From an uncultured Pseudoteredinibacter sp. (GTDB lineage: Bacteria > Pseudomonadota > Gammaproteobacteria > Pseudomonadales > Cellvibrionaceae): 64,000 nt of DNA. Position numbers and translations under genes: made by a program. The stretch is taken from NCBI RefSeq assembly GCF_947500695.1, contig NZ_CANMSS010000015.1, positions 11,301 through 75,300 of the forward strand, written 5' to 3'. Below, in pieces: positions 43,371 through 53,072 of the stretch (within the stretch, counting starts at the first letter, position 1; every line of letters starts with the position of its first letter). The notes under the pieces were generated by a model that saw only the letters and a list, made by a program, of their open reading frames with translations, was not told the origin of the DNA and did no database searches.

Positions 43371-44252
43371 ATGTCTACTTCCTATATTGGCCGATTTGCG
43401 CCTTCACCTACCGGCCCCTTACATATGGGCTCTTTGCTTGCAGCATTAGCGAGCTTTTTAGATGCACGCTCACAGCAGGGCAAATGGCTGATCAGAATTG
43501 AAGATCTAGATCCACCACGAGAACAAGCCGGCGCAACAGACTCAATTTTACACTCCCTGGAAGCCCATGGCCTTCTGCACGATGACGAGATTTGCTTTCA
43601 AAGCCAGCGCCATGAGCGCTACCTTGAAGTTTTGGAACAACTGTTAAAGCTTGATGCTATCTTCCCCTGCCAATGCTCCCGCCAAGAGCTGGCAGCAAAC
43701 AGAGGCATTCATAACGGCCGATGCCACAGCAGCGAAGTAAAACTGCAAAGCCCTGGCTGGGCTTGGCGAGCCGCTATCCGAGCAATCGACTTACAGTTTG
43801 ACGACGGACTCAAAGGCAAACAAGAGCAAGCTTTAGCTGAAGAGGTGGGCGACTTTGTACTGCTACGTAAAGACGGCTTATTTGCCTATCAACTCGCAGT
43901 CGTCGTCGATGATATAGATTTCAATGTAAGTCATATTGTACGCGGAGAGGACCTGCTCAGCTCAACAGCTCGACAGATTTATCTTTATGAGCTTTTAAAC
44001 TGCACTCCTGCTAGGTACTTTCATTTACCTTTGATCTTGAATACTCAGGGACAAAAGCTCAGCAAGCAAAACCATGCTCCAGCAATTCAATCTAGCCAAG
44101 CATCCGAGAATATTTATTACTGTTTACAATTGCTAGGCCAAAATCCAAAGGCAGAATTCAAGGGCGCCCCATGCAAAGAATTAATACAATGGGGTATTGA
44201 TAATTGGAACTTAGAAAATATCCCGGGCAAGCTGCCAGAGCCGGCGAGTTAA
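43371..44252 (+). CDS. gluQ: Glutamyl-Q tRNA(Asp) synthetase
   Basis: GRFAPSPTGPLHMGS, RIEDLDPPRE, AYQLAVVVDD, KLSKQN; no anticodon-binding domain; follows dksA. Confidence 0.93.
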   Translation: MSTSYIGRFAPSPTGPLHMGSLLAALASFLDARSQQGKWLIRIEDLDPPREQAGATDSILHSLEAHGLLHDDEICFQSQRHERYLEVLEQLLKLDAIFPCQCSRQELAANRGIHNGRCHSSEVKLQSPGWAWRAAIRAIDLQFDDGLKGKQEQALAEEVGDFVLLRKDGLFAYQLAVVVDDIDFNVSHIVRGEDLLSSTARQIYLYELLNCTPARYFHLPLILNTQGQKLSKQNHAPAIQSSQASENIYYCLQLLGQNPKAEFKGAPCKELIQWGIDNWNLENIPGKLPEPAS

Positions 44253-44369
44253 ACTGATGATTGCGATATTACTAATACGTTTAAAAAAAGCAGGGCTTAC
44301 CGTAATATCCAATAAATGTCTAAAGCGAAAACAGTCATAAGCTGCAATTAAGAGACGAGCACGAACAAT

Positions 44370-44549
44370 ATGAACAACCAACAAACATTGATCGCCGTGC
44401 TCATCATTGCCTATGTCTTTTCGCCCACCCTGCTAAATTGGATGATCAACCCAGAAGGAAGCTGGTTGAGGCCCTACATCATTTGGTTTTTTATGATTAT
44501 TGCGGCAATTTTTGTTTACCAACCATGGCGTAAAGACGATCAATCATGA
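44370..44549 (+). CDS. cbrX: CbrX-like 59-aa membrane leader peptide (missing from ORF track)
   Basis: [59 protein letters not shown]; TGA overlaps the cbrA ATG (ATGA); FSP..W...G.W.RPY..W pattern as in pseudomonad CbrX (recalled). Confidence 0.8.
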   Translation: MNNQQTLIAVLIIAYVFSPTLLNWMINPEGSWLRPYIIWFFMIIAAIFVYQPWRKDDQS

Positions 44550-47473
44550 CTCTGTCAGAAACTTTGGTAATAGCGGCTACCACAGCTTATTTGCTTTCTT
44601 TTTTAGCCATTCTATTAGTCGCGGGAAAATTTCGCTGGCTACGACGCTTAAGCCAGCACCCTGCAACCCAAACTTTAGCTCTAGGCGTTTTTGCCAGCGC
44701 TTGGAGCTTATACGGTTCGAGTCAATTGGCCTTAGAGTACGGTTATGGTGCATTTGCTTACTACCTAGGAACCGGCACCTTATTTCTCTTTGCGCCCTTA
44801 GCTTTGGCTCCACTAGCTGAATTATGCAGACGCTATCAATTGCAGTCGCTAGCCGATCTATTGGTGTTTAGGTATCACAGCAATAGCGCTGGACAACTCG
44901 CCACCCTCTTCCTCGCGCTTGCATTAATGCCCTTGCTGGCAGCGCAATTGCAAAGTCTCTCGTTGAGCTATGAGCTCATCACCCATGGCAATCATTACGC
45001 CGAAGATAGCATTCACAGTAACGATTTTGCTACTTTAGGTTTTGCTGTCTTAGTACTCATCATCAGCCTGATTGCCGCTAGCAAACAACATTATTCTCGA
45101 CTACCGCTGGTACTGGCCGCCGATACCATTGTTAAAATCTTTGCCTTTAATGCAATCGGTCTGCTGGCGATTTTTGCTGTATTTGGCGGCTTTGATCAAC
45201 TTGACAATTGGCTATTAGAGCACCCAGAAAACGTTAACCTTCTGTATTCGCCGTTACGAGAAACATCATCTCACACTCTGCTACTTGTCTTTATTGCCAG
45301 CTCTCTGATCACCCCCAATCTCTTTCATAGTGCCGTTATTCAGCAACCAAGAAGTAATATCAGGAGAATTCTGCCCTGGGCCTTCCCTACGCTTTTGCTG
45401 CTTTTTGCCTTTCCTATCTTCCCTGTACTTTGGGCCGGCTTTGAGAGAGGCGTACTAACTCAACCAGAATTTTTTGCTTTAGGGCTTCCAATCTCTATGG
45501 AGCGACCCGCCTGGACACTCATTATGTTTATCGCTGGCGCATCGGCATCAGCAACAGCTTTGATCACGATATTGATCAGCCTTAGCACTATGGTCGTCAA
45601 TCACTGCTTATTGCCTATGGCTGGAATCCGCCGTGGTAGTGGGCTCAGCAAGCAATTGAAAAGGCTACAGCAAATCGCTATTTGCTGCTTAATGATTATT
45701 ACCCTTGGGCTTTATAGTTTGTGGCAAGGCCAACACAGTTTAACCGAGCTTGCCTTGCTGAGTTTTATTGCAGGGGCACAATTTGTGCCTGGTTTAATTG
45801 CCATCAGTTATTGGCCCAGCGGTAATCGCCAAGGATTTTTAGCAGGACTGAGTGCGGGGGCCGCGATTTGGCTTTTAGGCTTGGCCATGCCCACACTATT
45901 TAATATTAAGAGTATTAATTTAGGCTACGGGCCGCACCTTCAACTGGGTTTAGAACATTGGGATACAGTGGCGCTCTTATCACTTACCATCAACAGCCTG
46001 ATATTTGCCTGGGTATCTTATCGCAGCCAGGCTACAGCAGAAGAAGTTTATAGCGCAGAGCTTTGTGCGGAAAACGAGCTGAGCCAACCGAAGCGCAGCA
46101 GCTTAGACGTTTTTTCTGTCAGCGATGTTGAGCGGCGCTTAAGCTCCGCGCTCGGCAATCAACCAAGCCGTGAAGCTATCAGCAAAGCCTTGAGCCAACT
46201 CAAACTGGATGAAAATGAACGACGTCCATACGCACTCCGACGATTACGCGATCAACTTGAAGCGAACCTGAGCGGAATTTTGGGCGTTAATATGGCTCAA
46301 GAAATTATCAGCAAGTACATCCCGCTGCGAAAACACAAAGGCTCATCTACCGATGTTACCTTTATGGAAGAGCGGCTTGAGCAGAATCAAAACAAACTGG
46401 TAGGCCTCCCGGCTGAACTAAACAATCTGCGACTTTATCACCGCCAAACCCTGCAAGAGCTTCCCATGGCCGTTTGTTCCATTGGCCAAGATTTAGAGGT
46501 CGTACTTTGGAACAAAGCAATGGGACATTTAACACGCCTAGCTGGCGACAAAATTAGCGGCTCACACTTAAACGAATTGCCTCCTCCATGGGGGCCGATT
46601 ATTAGAAACTTTTACCACAGTGGAGCAACTCACTGGGCTAATCAAGAAGTAGAGATTGATGGCCAGCCTCATTGGATCAGCTTGCATGTGGCAAAAGTTC
46701 AAACGCCTATGGAAGGCCGCGCCCAAGGCACCGTCATACTGTTAGAAGATGTTACCGAAACTCACCGACTTGAACAGGAGCTTATGCATAATGAGCGCCT
46801 AGCATCGGTTGGTCGTCTAGCGGCAGGGGTCGCCCATGAAATTGGCAACCCAGTAACAGGCATTGCCTGTCTAGCACAAAACCTACGCTATGAGTCAGAA
46901 CCTGAAGACACTCAAGAAACGGTTGCACAGATTCTTTCGCAAACCGACCGTATTACCCGAATAGTGCAGTCACTAGTTAACTTCTCTCATACTGGCCAAG
47001 GTGATCAAAGCCAACTTCAAAGTATTCAGATTCGTGAGTGTGTAGCCGAGGCTATCCACCTTCTGGAATTACACCCAGAGAAGCAAGAATTGCAGTTCAT
47101 CAATAAGGTATCCGAGCAGTATCTGATACTGGGTGACAGCCAACGCTTGATTCAAGTGTTTATCAACCTGCTCAGTAACGCTAGAGACGCAAGCCCTGCT
47201 GGGGCCGAAGTTACAGTAGAGGCAGAGCCAAGCAAAGATCAGTTGATACTGAGAGTAACGGATCAGGGCCCAGGTGTACCCGAAATGATAATGGAGCGCA
47301 TACTCGAACCATTTTTTACCACCAAAGACCCTGGAGAAGGCACCGGCCTTGGCCTCGCAATGGTTTATAGCATCATGGAGGAGCATTCTGGAAGCGTCGA
47401 AATACGCAACCTAGGCCCTAAAGAGAACCCCTCAGGCGCGCAATTCATCTTAAAATTCCCCCTTAAGCCTTGA
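44546..47473 (+). CDS. cbrA: SLC5-STAC-PAS histidine kinase CbrA
   Basis: N-terminal SLC5-like TM domain ([21 protein letters not shown]), PAS, AHEIGNP H-box, G boxes; upstream of an NtrC-type regulator, in the dksA-pcnB interval. Confidence 0.9.
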   Translation: MTLSETLVIAATTAYLLSFLAILLVAGKFRWLRRLSQHPATQTLALGVFASAWSLYGSSQLALEYGYGAFAYYLGTGTLFLFAPLALAPLAELCRRYQLQSLADLLVFRYHSNSAGQLATLFLALALMPLLAAQLQSLSLSYELITHGNHYAEDSIHSNDFATLGFAVLVLIISLIAASKQHYSRLPLVLAADTIVKIFAFNAIGLLAIFAVFGGFDQLDNWLLEHPENVNLLYSPLRETSSHTLLLVFIASSLITPNLFHSAVIQQPRSNIRRILPWAFPTLLLLFAFPIFPVLWAGFERGVLTQPEFFALGLPISMERPAWTLIMFIAGASASATALITILISLSTMVVNHCLLPMAGIRRGSGLSKQLKRLQQIAICCLMIITLGLYSLWQGQHSLTELALLSFIAGAQFVPGLIAISYWPSGNRQGFLAGLSAGAAIWLLGLAMPTLFNIKSINLGYGPHLQLGLEHWDTVALLSLTINSLIFAWVSYRSQATAEEVYSAELCAENELSQPKRSSLDVFSVSDVERRLSSALGNQPSREAISKALSQLKLDENERRPYALRRLRDQLEANLSGILGVNMAQEIISKYIPLRKHKGSSTDVTFMEERLEQNQNKLVGLPAELNNLRLYHRQTLQELPMAVCSIGQDLEVVLWNKAMGHLTRLAGDKISGSHLNELPPPWGPIIRNFYHSGATHWANQEVEIDGQPHWISLHVAKVQTPMEGRAQGTVILLEDVTETHRLEQELMHNERLASVGRLAAGVAHEIGNPVTGIACLAQNLRYESEPEDTQETVAQILSQTDRITRIVQSLVNFSHTGQGDQSQLQSIQIRECVAEAIHLLELHPEKQELQFINKVSEQYLILGDSQRLIQVFINLLSNARDASPAGAEVTVEAEPSKDQLILRVTDQGPGVPEMIMERILEPFFTTKDPGEGTGLGLAMVYSIMEEHSGSVEIRNLGPKENPSGAQFILKFPLKP

Positions 47474-47553
47474 AACTGTGTGCTATGGAGGTAACACTAT
47501 GCCTCCCCTGAAAAAGTAACAGTAACACTGATCAATTGGTGAGCAGCTAAGCT

Positions 47554-48948
47554 ATGAGCAACATTTTGATTGTGGAAGATGAAGCCATTATCCGGACCGC
47601 CTTGCGCAAGCTATTAGAGCGCCACAAATATACCGTGAGTGAAGCCAGCTCGGTTAAAGAAGCTACCACCAAGTATAAGCTCACCAATTTCGAGTTGATC
47701 ATTAGTGATTTACGCCTGCCTGGCGGACCGGGGACCGACCTCATTCAACTAGCTGGTGATATCCCAGTATTGATTATGACCAGCTATGCCAGCTTGCGCT
47801 CCGCTGTAGACTCTATGCGGATGGGTGCCGTTGATTATATCGCCAAGCCATTTGACCACGATGAGATGCTAGCCTCGGTGCGTCGAGCAATAGGTAAAGC
47901 CAACGCTGCCGCAAAGGCCCTCAATCAATCAAAATCCTCAAGCCAAGCTATTGCCGGCATGATTGGCAGCAGCCAGGTAATGAAGAACCTCTACAATCGC
48001 ATACACAAAGTTGCGCCGACAGGCGCAACCGTATTGGTACATGGTGAAACCGGCACAGGTAAAGAGCTCGCAGCAAAAGCTATTCACCAAGAGAGCCCTC
48101 GCGCCCAGAACCCACTGATCAGCGTAAACTGCGCGGCGATTCCAGAAACCTTGATTGAATCAGAGCTGTTTGGTCACGAGAAAGGGGCATTTACCGGTGC
48201 TGACAGCCATCGTGAAGGGCTTATTGCCGCCGCTGACGGTGGCACCTTGTTTCTGGACGAGATTGGTGAACTCCCCCTTGAAGCTCAAGCGAGACTGCTA
48301 CGGGTGCTACAAGAAGGAGAGGTTCGCCCTATTGGCTCTATCCACTCTCAAAAAGTGGATGTTCGTCTCGTCGCGGCTACCCACCGTGATCTGAGGAAGC
48401 TTTCCGATGAAGGGCGCTTTCGCCAAGACTTGTACTTCCGCATTAATGTAGTGCAACTGGATCTACCGCCCTTGCGAGAGCGAGGCAAAGACGTTATTTC
48501 ATTAGCCGAACACATGCTCACACGCTACTGTGAAGCCTTTAAAAAGCCAGCTTTACGTCTAAGCCCTGAAGCGATACAGGCGATAACCACCTATACCTGG
48601 CCTGGTAACGTGCGCGAAATGGAAAACGCCATGCAGCGCAGCGTCATATTGTGCGAGGACGACAAAGAGATCTCACACGACCTTCTAGGGATCGACCTCG
48701 ACCTTGTCGAAATAGACGACCCGACCGATATTAAAATTATTCAATCTACTTTAAGACCCCGCAAACCGACCCAAGAACCAGCGGAAGACCTCTCTCTAGA
48801 AGACTACTTCCAACGCTTTGTGTTAGAACACCAAGACACAATGAGTGAAACAGAACTCGCTCGCAAGTTGGGAGTCAGCCGCAAATGCCTATGGGAACGA
48901 CGTCAGCGCTTGGGCATTCCACGCAAAAAAACCAATCAAGCAAAATAG
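47554..48948 (+). CDS. cbrB: sigma54-dependent response regulator CbrB
   Basis: REC domain, GETGTGKE, GAFTGA, LFLDEIGE, WPGNVRE; C-terminal SLEDYFQRFVLEHQDTMSETELARKLGVSRKCLWERRQRLGIPR typical of CbrB. Confidence 0.92.
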   Translation: MSNILIVEDEAIIRTALRKLLERHKYTVSEASSVKEATTKYKLTNFELIISDLRLPGGPGTDLIQLAGDIPVLIMTSYASLRSAVDSMRMGAVDYIAKPFDHDEMLASVRRAIGKANAAAKALNQSKSSSQAIAGMIGSSQVMKNLYNRIHKVAPTGATVLVHGETGTGKELAAKAIHQESPRAQNPLISVNCAAIPETLIESELFGHEKGAFTGADSHREGLIAAADGGTLFLDEIGELPLEAQARLLRVLQEGEVRPIGSIHSQKVDVRLVAATHRDLRKLSDEGRFRQDLYFRINVVQLDLPPLRERGKDVISLAEHMLTRYCEAFKKPALRLSPEAIQAITTYTWPGNVREMENAMQRSVILCEDDKEISHDLLGIDLDLVEIDDPTDIKIIQSTLRPRKPTQEPAEDLSLEDYFQRFVLEHQDTMSETELARKLGVSRKCLWERRQRLGIPRKKTNQAK

Positions 48949-49050
48949 TAGACCTCTCAAGCCCACCTCAGTCCTAAGCACAACTTAAGTGCCAAGCCCA
49001 TGGTGGGCTGGCATACGATTGACCAAAAAGTTCCCCATCTTGACCCAAAG

Positions 49051-49190
49051 TGTTACCCGCGCAAGCCAATACGTAACGTTCTGCGAGATTTTCGGTAACG
49101 AATTTGGGTAGCAAATAATCTGCTTTTTTCAAGAAATTTTTATAAGTCATTGTTTTTAAAAGAATTTTAAATATTGGCACGCTAAATGCT
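49051..49190 (+). promoter_or_regulatory. sigma54 promoter with CbrB-type UAS and IHF site
   Basis: TGTTAC (49051), N16, GTAACG (49073), N16, GTAACG (49095); IHF-like TAAGTCATTGTTT (49143-49155, 1 mismatch); TGGCAC-N5-ATGCT with GG 49176-77 and GC 49188-89. Confidence 0.85.
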
Positions 49191-49200
49191 TTTATAGTCG

Positions 49201-49509
49201 CCAAATAATAACAACAAATAATAAAAATAAATCAACAGACACAATAATAATAACGATACTTAATATGCATGGTTAATGCATAGTGATTACAGTAGTGAAT
49301 ATATTGATACTGCTGACCTCTAAAAATAAGCACAACAACAAAAAATAACAATAACAAGCGTAAAACTGACTGACTGCACTGGACAGGGTTTGCCAGAAAA
49401 GCAAGTTGCTAATGGGGGCAAGGACTCGCCCCACTAATAACAATAACGAGGTATTCGTTAGTACAAGTTACCACCTTGCTTGAACGGGAAGCTTTATGCT
49501 TCCCGTTTT
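49201..49509 (+). ncRNA. crcZ: CrcZ-like Hfq/Crc-sequestering sRNA
   Basis: Between cbrB and pcnB; clusters of AANAANAA at about 49204-49254, 49334-49357 and 49436-49447; sigma54 promoter; terminator. Ends approximate. Confidence 0.82.
49483..49509 (+). terminator. Terminator of the CrcZ-like RNA
   Basis: AACGGGAAGC-TTTAT-GCTTCCCGTT then TT. Confidence 0.75.
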
Positions 49510-49679
49510 GCTATCTCCGATATCAGTATTTCTAGTTTGCTACCTTTATTCCCTTACATGGGCCTATTCGAATAACCATGTTACACTTTGCCCCATTCTA
49601 AAAACGCAATACCTAGCCTGCCCTAAAGAGCGGCCTTTATTGCCTTATTGAGCCGAGAATCAGGCCCTGTCCTAATAAT

Positions 49680-51035
49680 ATGTTTACACGCGTTATCCGT
49701 TCTATTAATAGCTTGTTTAAGTCTTCTAGCCAGTATGAATACCCGCAAGAAGCTAAGATTATCCCTCGTGATCAACACAGTATTTCACGAAAGCGCATTA
49801 GCCGCAGTGCGATCAAAGTAATGAAGGTGCTCAATGAAGCAGGCTTCGAAGCTTATCTGGTTGGCGGAGGTGTGCGCGACACCTTATTGGGAGGCAGTCC
49901 TAAGGATTTTGATGTTGCCACTAATGCAACTCCTGAGCAGGTGCGCAAGCTCTTTAGAAGCGCCCGGATAATTGGCCGTAGGTTCCGAATTGTTCATGTA
50001 CGCTTTGGCCGCGAGATCATCGAAGTTACAACCTTTAGAGCCAATCACGACAGCTCCTCAAACAGCACCGAGTCACGCCAGTCCAAAGAAGGTATGCTGT
50101 TACGCGACAACGTTTTCGGCGATTTACGCTCAGACGCCTTGCGCCGTGATTTCACTGTGAATGCACTCTACTATTCTTTAGATGGTTTTAGCATCCACGA
50201 TTACACCAATGGCGTTAGCGATCTCGACAATAAACTTATTCGTATGATTGGCGACCCCAAAACCCGCTACCAAGAAGACCCTGTGCGCTTGCTGCGTGCA
50301 GCAAGGTTTGCTGCCAAGCTAGGTTTTGATATCGAGCCGAATTCCGCCGCCCCCATTAAGCAAATGGCGCCCCTATTAGAGAATATTTCTTCTGCCCGCC
50401 TATTTGATGAATGTCTAAAGCTATTCTTAGGTGGCAAGGCCCAGGCTACACTGGATAAGCTAAGAGAATATGAACTACTAGCGCCCCTGTTTCCCGCTAC
50501 GGCGGCAAGACTCGATCGTGACGAGGGCTTCGATCAAGCCCTGTTAAAACTGGTGATGCAAAACACCGATCGCAGACTTGCCAATGAGCAAAGAGTTACT
50601 CCAGCCTTTATTCTTGCGGCCTTACTTTGGGGGCCTTTGCAAGATGCTCTCGCACAACAGGACCCTAAAAATCCCCCCGCAATGCGGATGCATAAGGCCG
50701 CCCAAAAAGTCATCGATGCACAATTAAAGCATACTGCAATTCCCAAGCGCTTTTTGATTACCATGCGAGAGATCTGGGATTTACAGGGCCGCCTGCCCTT
50801 ACGTGCAGGAAAACGCGCTGTACGCCTAATGGAGCATCAACGCTTCCGTGCAGCCTATGACTTCCTACTGTTAAGAGAAAACGCCGGGGAAGATTGCCAA
50901 GGTTTGGGCAAGTGGTGGACTGAGTTCCAGGATGCTGATGAGGCCAGACAAGAGGAAATGCTAGCAGCTCTTCCTAAAGGGAAGCGACCACGCCGAAAAA
51001 GACGTAAGCCTGCCAATAAAGAAGCCTCCTCATGA
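49680..51035 (+). CDS. pcnB: Poly(A) polymerase I
   Basis: LVGGGVRD, PKDFDVAT, IIGRRFRIVHV, RRDFTVNALYY, RFRAAYDFLLLR. Confidence 0.97.
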   Translation: MFTRVIRSINSLFKSSSQYEYPQEAKIIPRDQHSISRKRISRSAIKVMKVLNEAGFEAYLVGGGVRDTLLGGSPKDFDVATNATPEQVRKLFRSARIIGRRFRIVHVRFGREIIEVTTFRANHDSSSNSTESRQSKEGMLLRDNVFGDLRSDALRRDFTVNALYYSLDGFSIHDYTNGVSDLDNKLIRMIGDPKTRYQEDPVRLLRAARFAAKLGFDIEPNSAAPIKQMAPLLENISSARLFDECLKLFLGGKAQATLDKLREYELLAPLFPATAARLDRDEGFDQALLKLVMQNTDRRLANEQRVTPAFILAALLWGPLQDALAQQDPKNPPAMRMHKAAQKVIDAQLKHTAIPKRFLITMREIWDLQGRLPLRAGKRAVRLMEHQRFRAAYDFLLLRENAGEDCQGLGKWWTEFQDADEARQEEMLAALPKGKRPRRKRRKPANKEASS

Positions 51036-51529
51036 CAGAGGCTTTTATTGGCTTAGGCGCCAATCAGGGCGATGTGCTGACGACCCTGAAGAGTGCCTTA
51101 AAGCTTATAGAGGCTCATGAACAATGCCAGCTGCTTGCTTGCTCGAGTTTTTATCGCAGCAAAGCATTGACCTTAGATGACGAGCCTCAAGATGACTATC
51201 TTAATGCCGCATGCAAAATAGAAACTCAACTTGAAGCCATTCAATTATTGGATTTTTTGCAATCTATTGAGGACAAACTCGGACGAGTTCGCCAAAAACG
51301 CTGGGGCGCAAGGACCATTGATTTAGATATCTTGCTATTTGGCCAACAGCAAATCAGCAGCTCAAGACTGGCTGTCCCCCACCCCCAAATAAGCAATAGA
51401 AACTTTGTCATGCAACCACTTTTAGAGCTGGATGAAGATTTAAAGATTCCTACAATGGATTCTTTAAAAACATCTGCAAAGGCTTTAGGCTGGGAAGGCT
51501 TAGAGCGTCTGCCAGAGGAAGCACAATGA
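51032..51529 (+). CDS. folK: 2-amino-4-hydroxy-6-hydroxymethyldihydropteridine diphosphokinase
   Basis: FIGLGANQG, YLNA, RWGARTIDLDILL, PHP. Confidence 0.95.
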   Translation: MTEAFIGLGANQGDVLTTLKSALKLIEAHEQCQLLACSSFYRSKALTLDDEPQDDYLNAACKIETQLEAIQLLDFLQSIEDKLGRVRQKRWGARTIDLDILLFGQQQISSSRLAVPHPQISNRNFVMQPLLELDEDLKIPTMDSLKTSAKALGWEGLERLPEEAQ

Positions 51530-52182
51530 GTCATACTGAGAGCTTATCGCGTCGCTTGATCGCGGTTGAAGGGCCAATAGGGGTAGGAAAAACCGCTTTT
51601 GCCAGCAAGCTGGCTCAACATATCGGCGCCAGCACTTTATTGGACAATACTCAGAGTAACCCATTTCTAACTCGCTTCTACAACGACCCCAAGTCACTTG
51701 CACTGCAGACCCAACTGTTCTTTTTATTTGAACGCATTAGGCAACTTGAAGGCCTGCAGCAAAGTGACCTCTTTGCAGGAAATACTGTCTGCGACTTTTT
51801 AATTGATAAAGACCAGCTATTCGCACATGTCGTTCTCGACGAAGACGAATTAAAGATTTACCAGCAGGTGTTTAGCCACTTAAAATTCAAAGCCCCTAGT
51901 GCCGATTTAGTCGTTGTCCTGCAAGCACCTGCTGAAGTTTTAATGGAGCGTATTAATCAACGCGCAGTTGAGCAAGAGCAAAATATCAGCTTAGAGTATT
52001 TACAGCGCTTAAATGAAGCCTACACACAGTTTTTCCATCACTACCAGTCATCTCCCTTATTGCTCGTAAATGCAAGCGAGATTGACCCGATCAATAATGA
52101 AGAGCACTTTTTAGAGCTGCTTGAATACATGCAAAATATTCACTCAGGCCGCCATTACTATAACCCGAACCCTGCGATTTAA
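51526..52182 (+). CDS. Deoxynucleoside kinase
   Basis: AVEGPIGVGKT P-loop, TQLFFLFER, YLQRLNEAY. Confidence 0.9.
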   Translation: MSHTESLSRRLIAVEGPIGVGKTAFASKLAQHIGASTLLDNTQSNPFLTRFYNDPKSLALQTQLFFLFERIRQLEGLQQSDLFAGNTVCDFLIDKDQLFAHVVLDEDELKIYQQVFSHLKFKAPSADLVVVLQAPAEVLMERINQRAVEQEQNISLEYLQRLNEAYTQFFHHYQSSPLLLVNASEIDPINNEEHFLELLEYMQNIHSGRHYYNPNPAI

Positions 52183-52203
52183 TTCACTGCTAAGGAGTCA
52201 ATT

Positions 52204-53031
52204 ATGCCTTACGCCAGCCCACAAGCCGAAAGCAAACTTACAACGGCTGTAACGACAAGCACGCTGCGCAAAATGAAAGCTGAGGGTGAAAAGTTTATTA
52301 CTGTTGCCCTTTACGATGCCCCCATGTCTGCGATGGCGCAACGCTGTGGTGTTGAGGTTCTGCTAGTTGGCGACAGCTTAGGCATGACCGTTCTAGGCTA
52401 TGACAGCACAGTCCCCGTTACTATGGAACAAATGATTTATCACGTTGAAGCGGTAAGGCGAGGCAATGACAAATCATTAATCATGGGTGACATGCCCTTT
52501 ATGACCTACGCCACACCAGAACAAGCCATGATCAATGCGACCCGCATTATGCAAGCGGGCGCTCACATGGTGAAAATCGAAGGCGGTGAATGGCTGGCAC
52601 CAACCGTAAAAATGCTCGGTGAACGAGGCATTCCTGTTTGCGCACACTTAGGCCTAACCCCCCAATCCGTGAATAAACTGGGTGGTTTTAAAATTCAAGG
52701 GCGCGATGATAAGCAGGCCGAAACTATCCTGCGTGACGCAAAGCTACTCAATGAAGCCGGAGCAGACTTACTGGTTTTAGAGTGTGTTCCCAGCGAGCTT
52801 GCTAAGCGCGTTACCGAAGCTGTTTCCATGCCTGTGATCGGCATTGGCGCCGGCCGAGACACTGATGCTCAGGTTTTGGTTATAAACGACATTCTAGGTT
52901 TGACTGAAAAGCCGCCAAAGTTCTCTAAGAACTTTTTAATCGAAGCAGGAGACATCCCCAGCGCTTTAAATAAGTATGCGGCTGACGTTAAATCCAAGGT
53001 ATTTCCTGCCGACGAGCACAGCTTCAACTAG
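52204..53031 (+). CDS. panB: 3-methyl-2-oxobutanoate hydroxymethyltransferase
   Basis: LLVGDSLGM, GDMPF, VKIEGG, AHLGLTPQ, IGIGAG, QVLV. Confidence 0.95.
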   Translation: MPYASPQAESKLTTAVTTSTLRKMKAEGEKFITVALYDAPMSAMAQRCGVEVLLVGDSLGMTVLGYDSTVPVTMEQMIYHVEAVRRGNDKSLIMGDMPFMTYATPEQAMINATRIMQAGAHMVKIEGGEWLAPTVKMLGERGIPVCAHLGLTPQSVNKLGGFKIQGRDDKQAETILRDAKLLNEAGADLLVLECVPSELAKRVTEAVSMPVIGIGAGRDTDAQVLVINDILGLTEKPPKFSKNFLIEAGDIPSALNKYAADVKSKVFPADEHSFN

Positions 53032-53072
53032 AAAGCTTTGATCCTAATGACTGTTGCCCCTAGATACTGTAT

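Noticed and set aside
52187-52197. panB leader CTGCTAAGGAG matches the reverse complement of the PrrF-like seed at 10 of 11 positions
   Set aside because: Mostly an anti-SD match expected by chance at strong SDs, and PanB is not an iron protein; would need IntaRNA plus conservation
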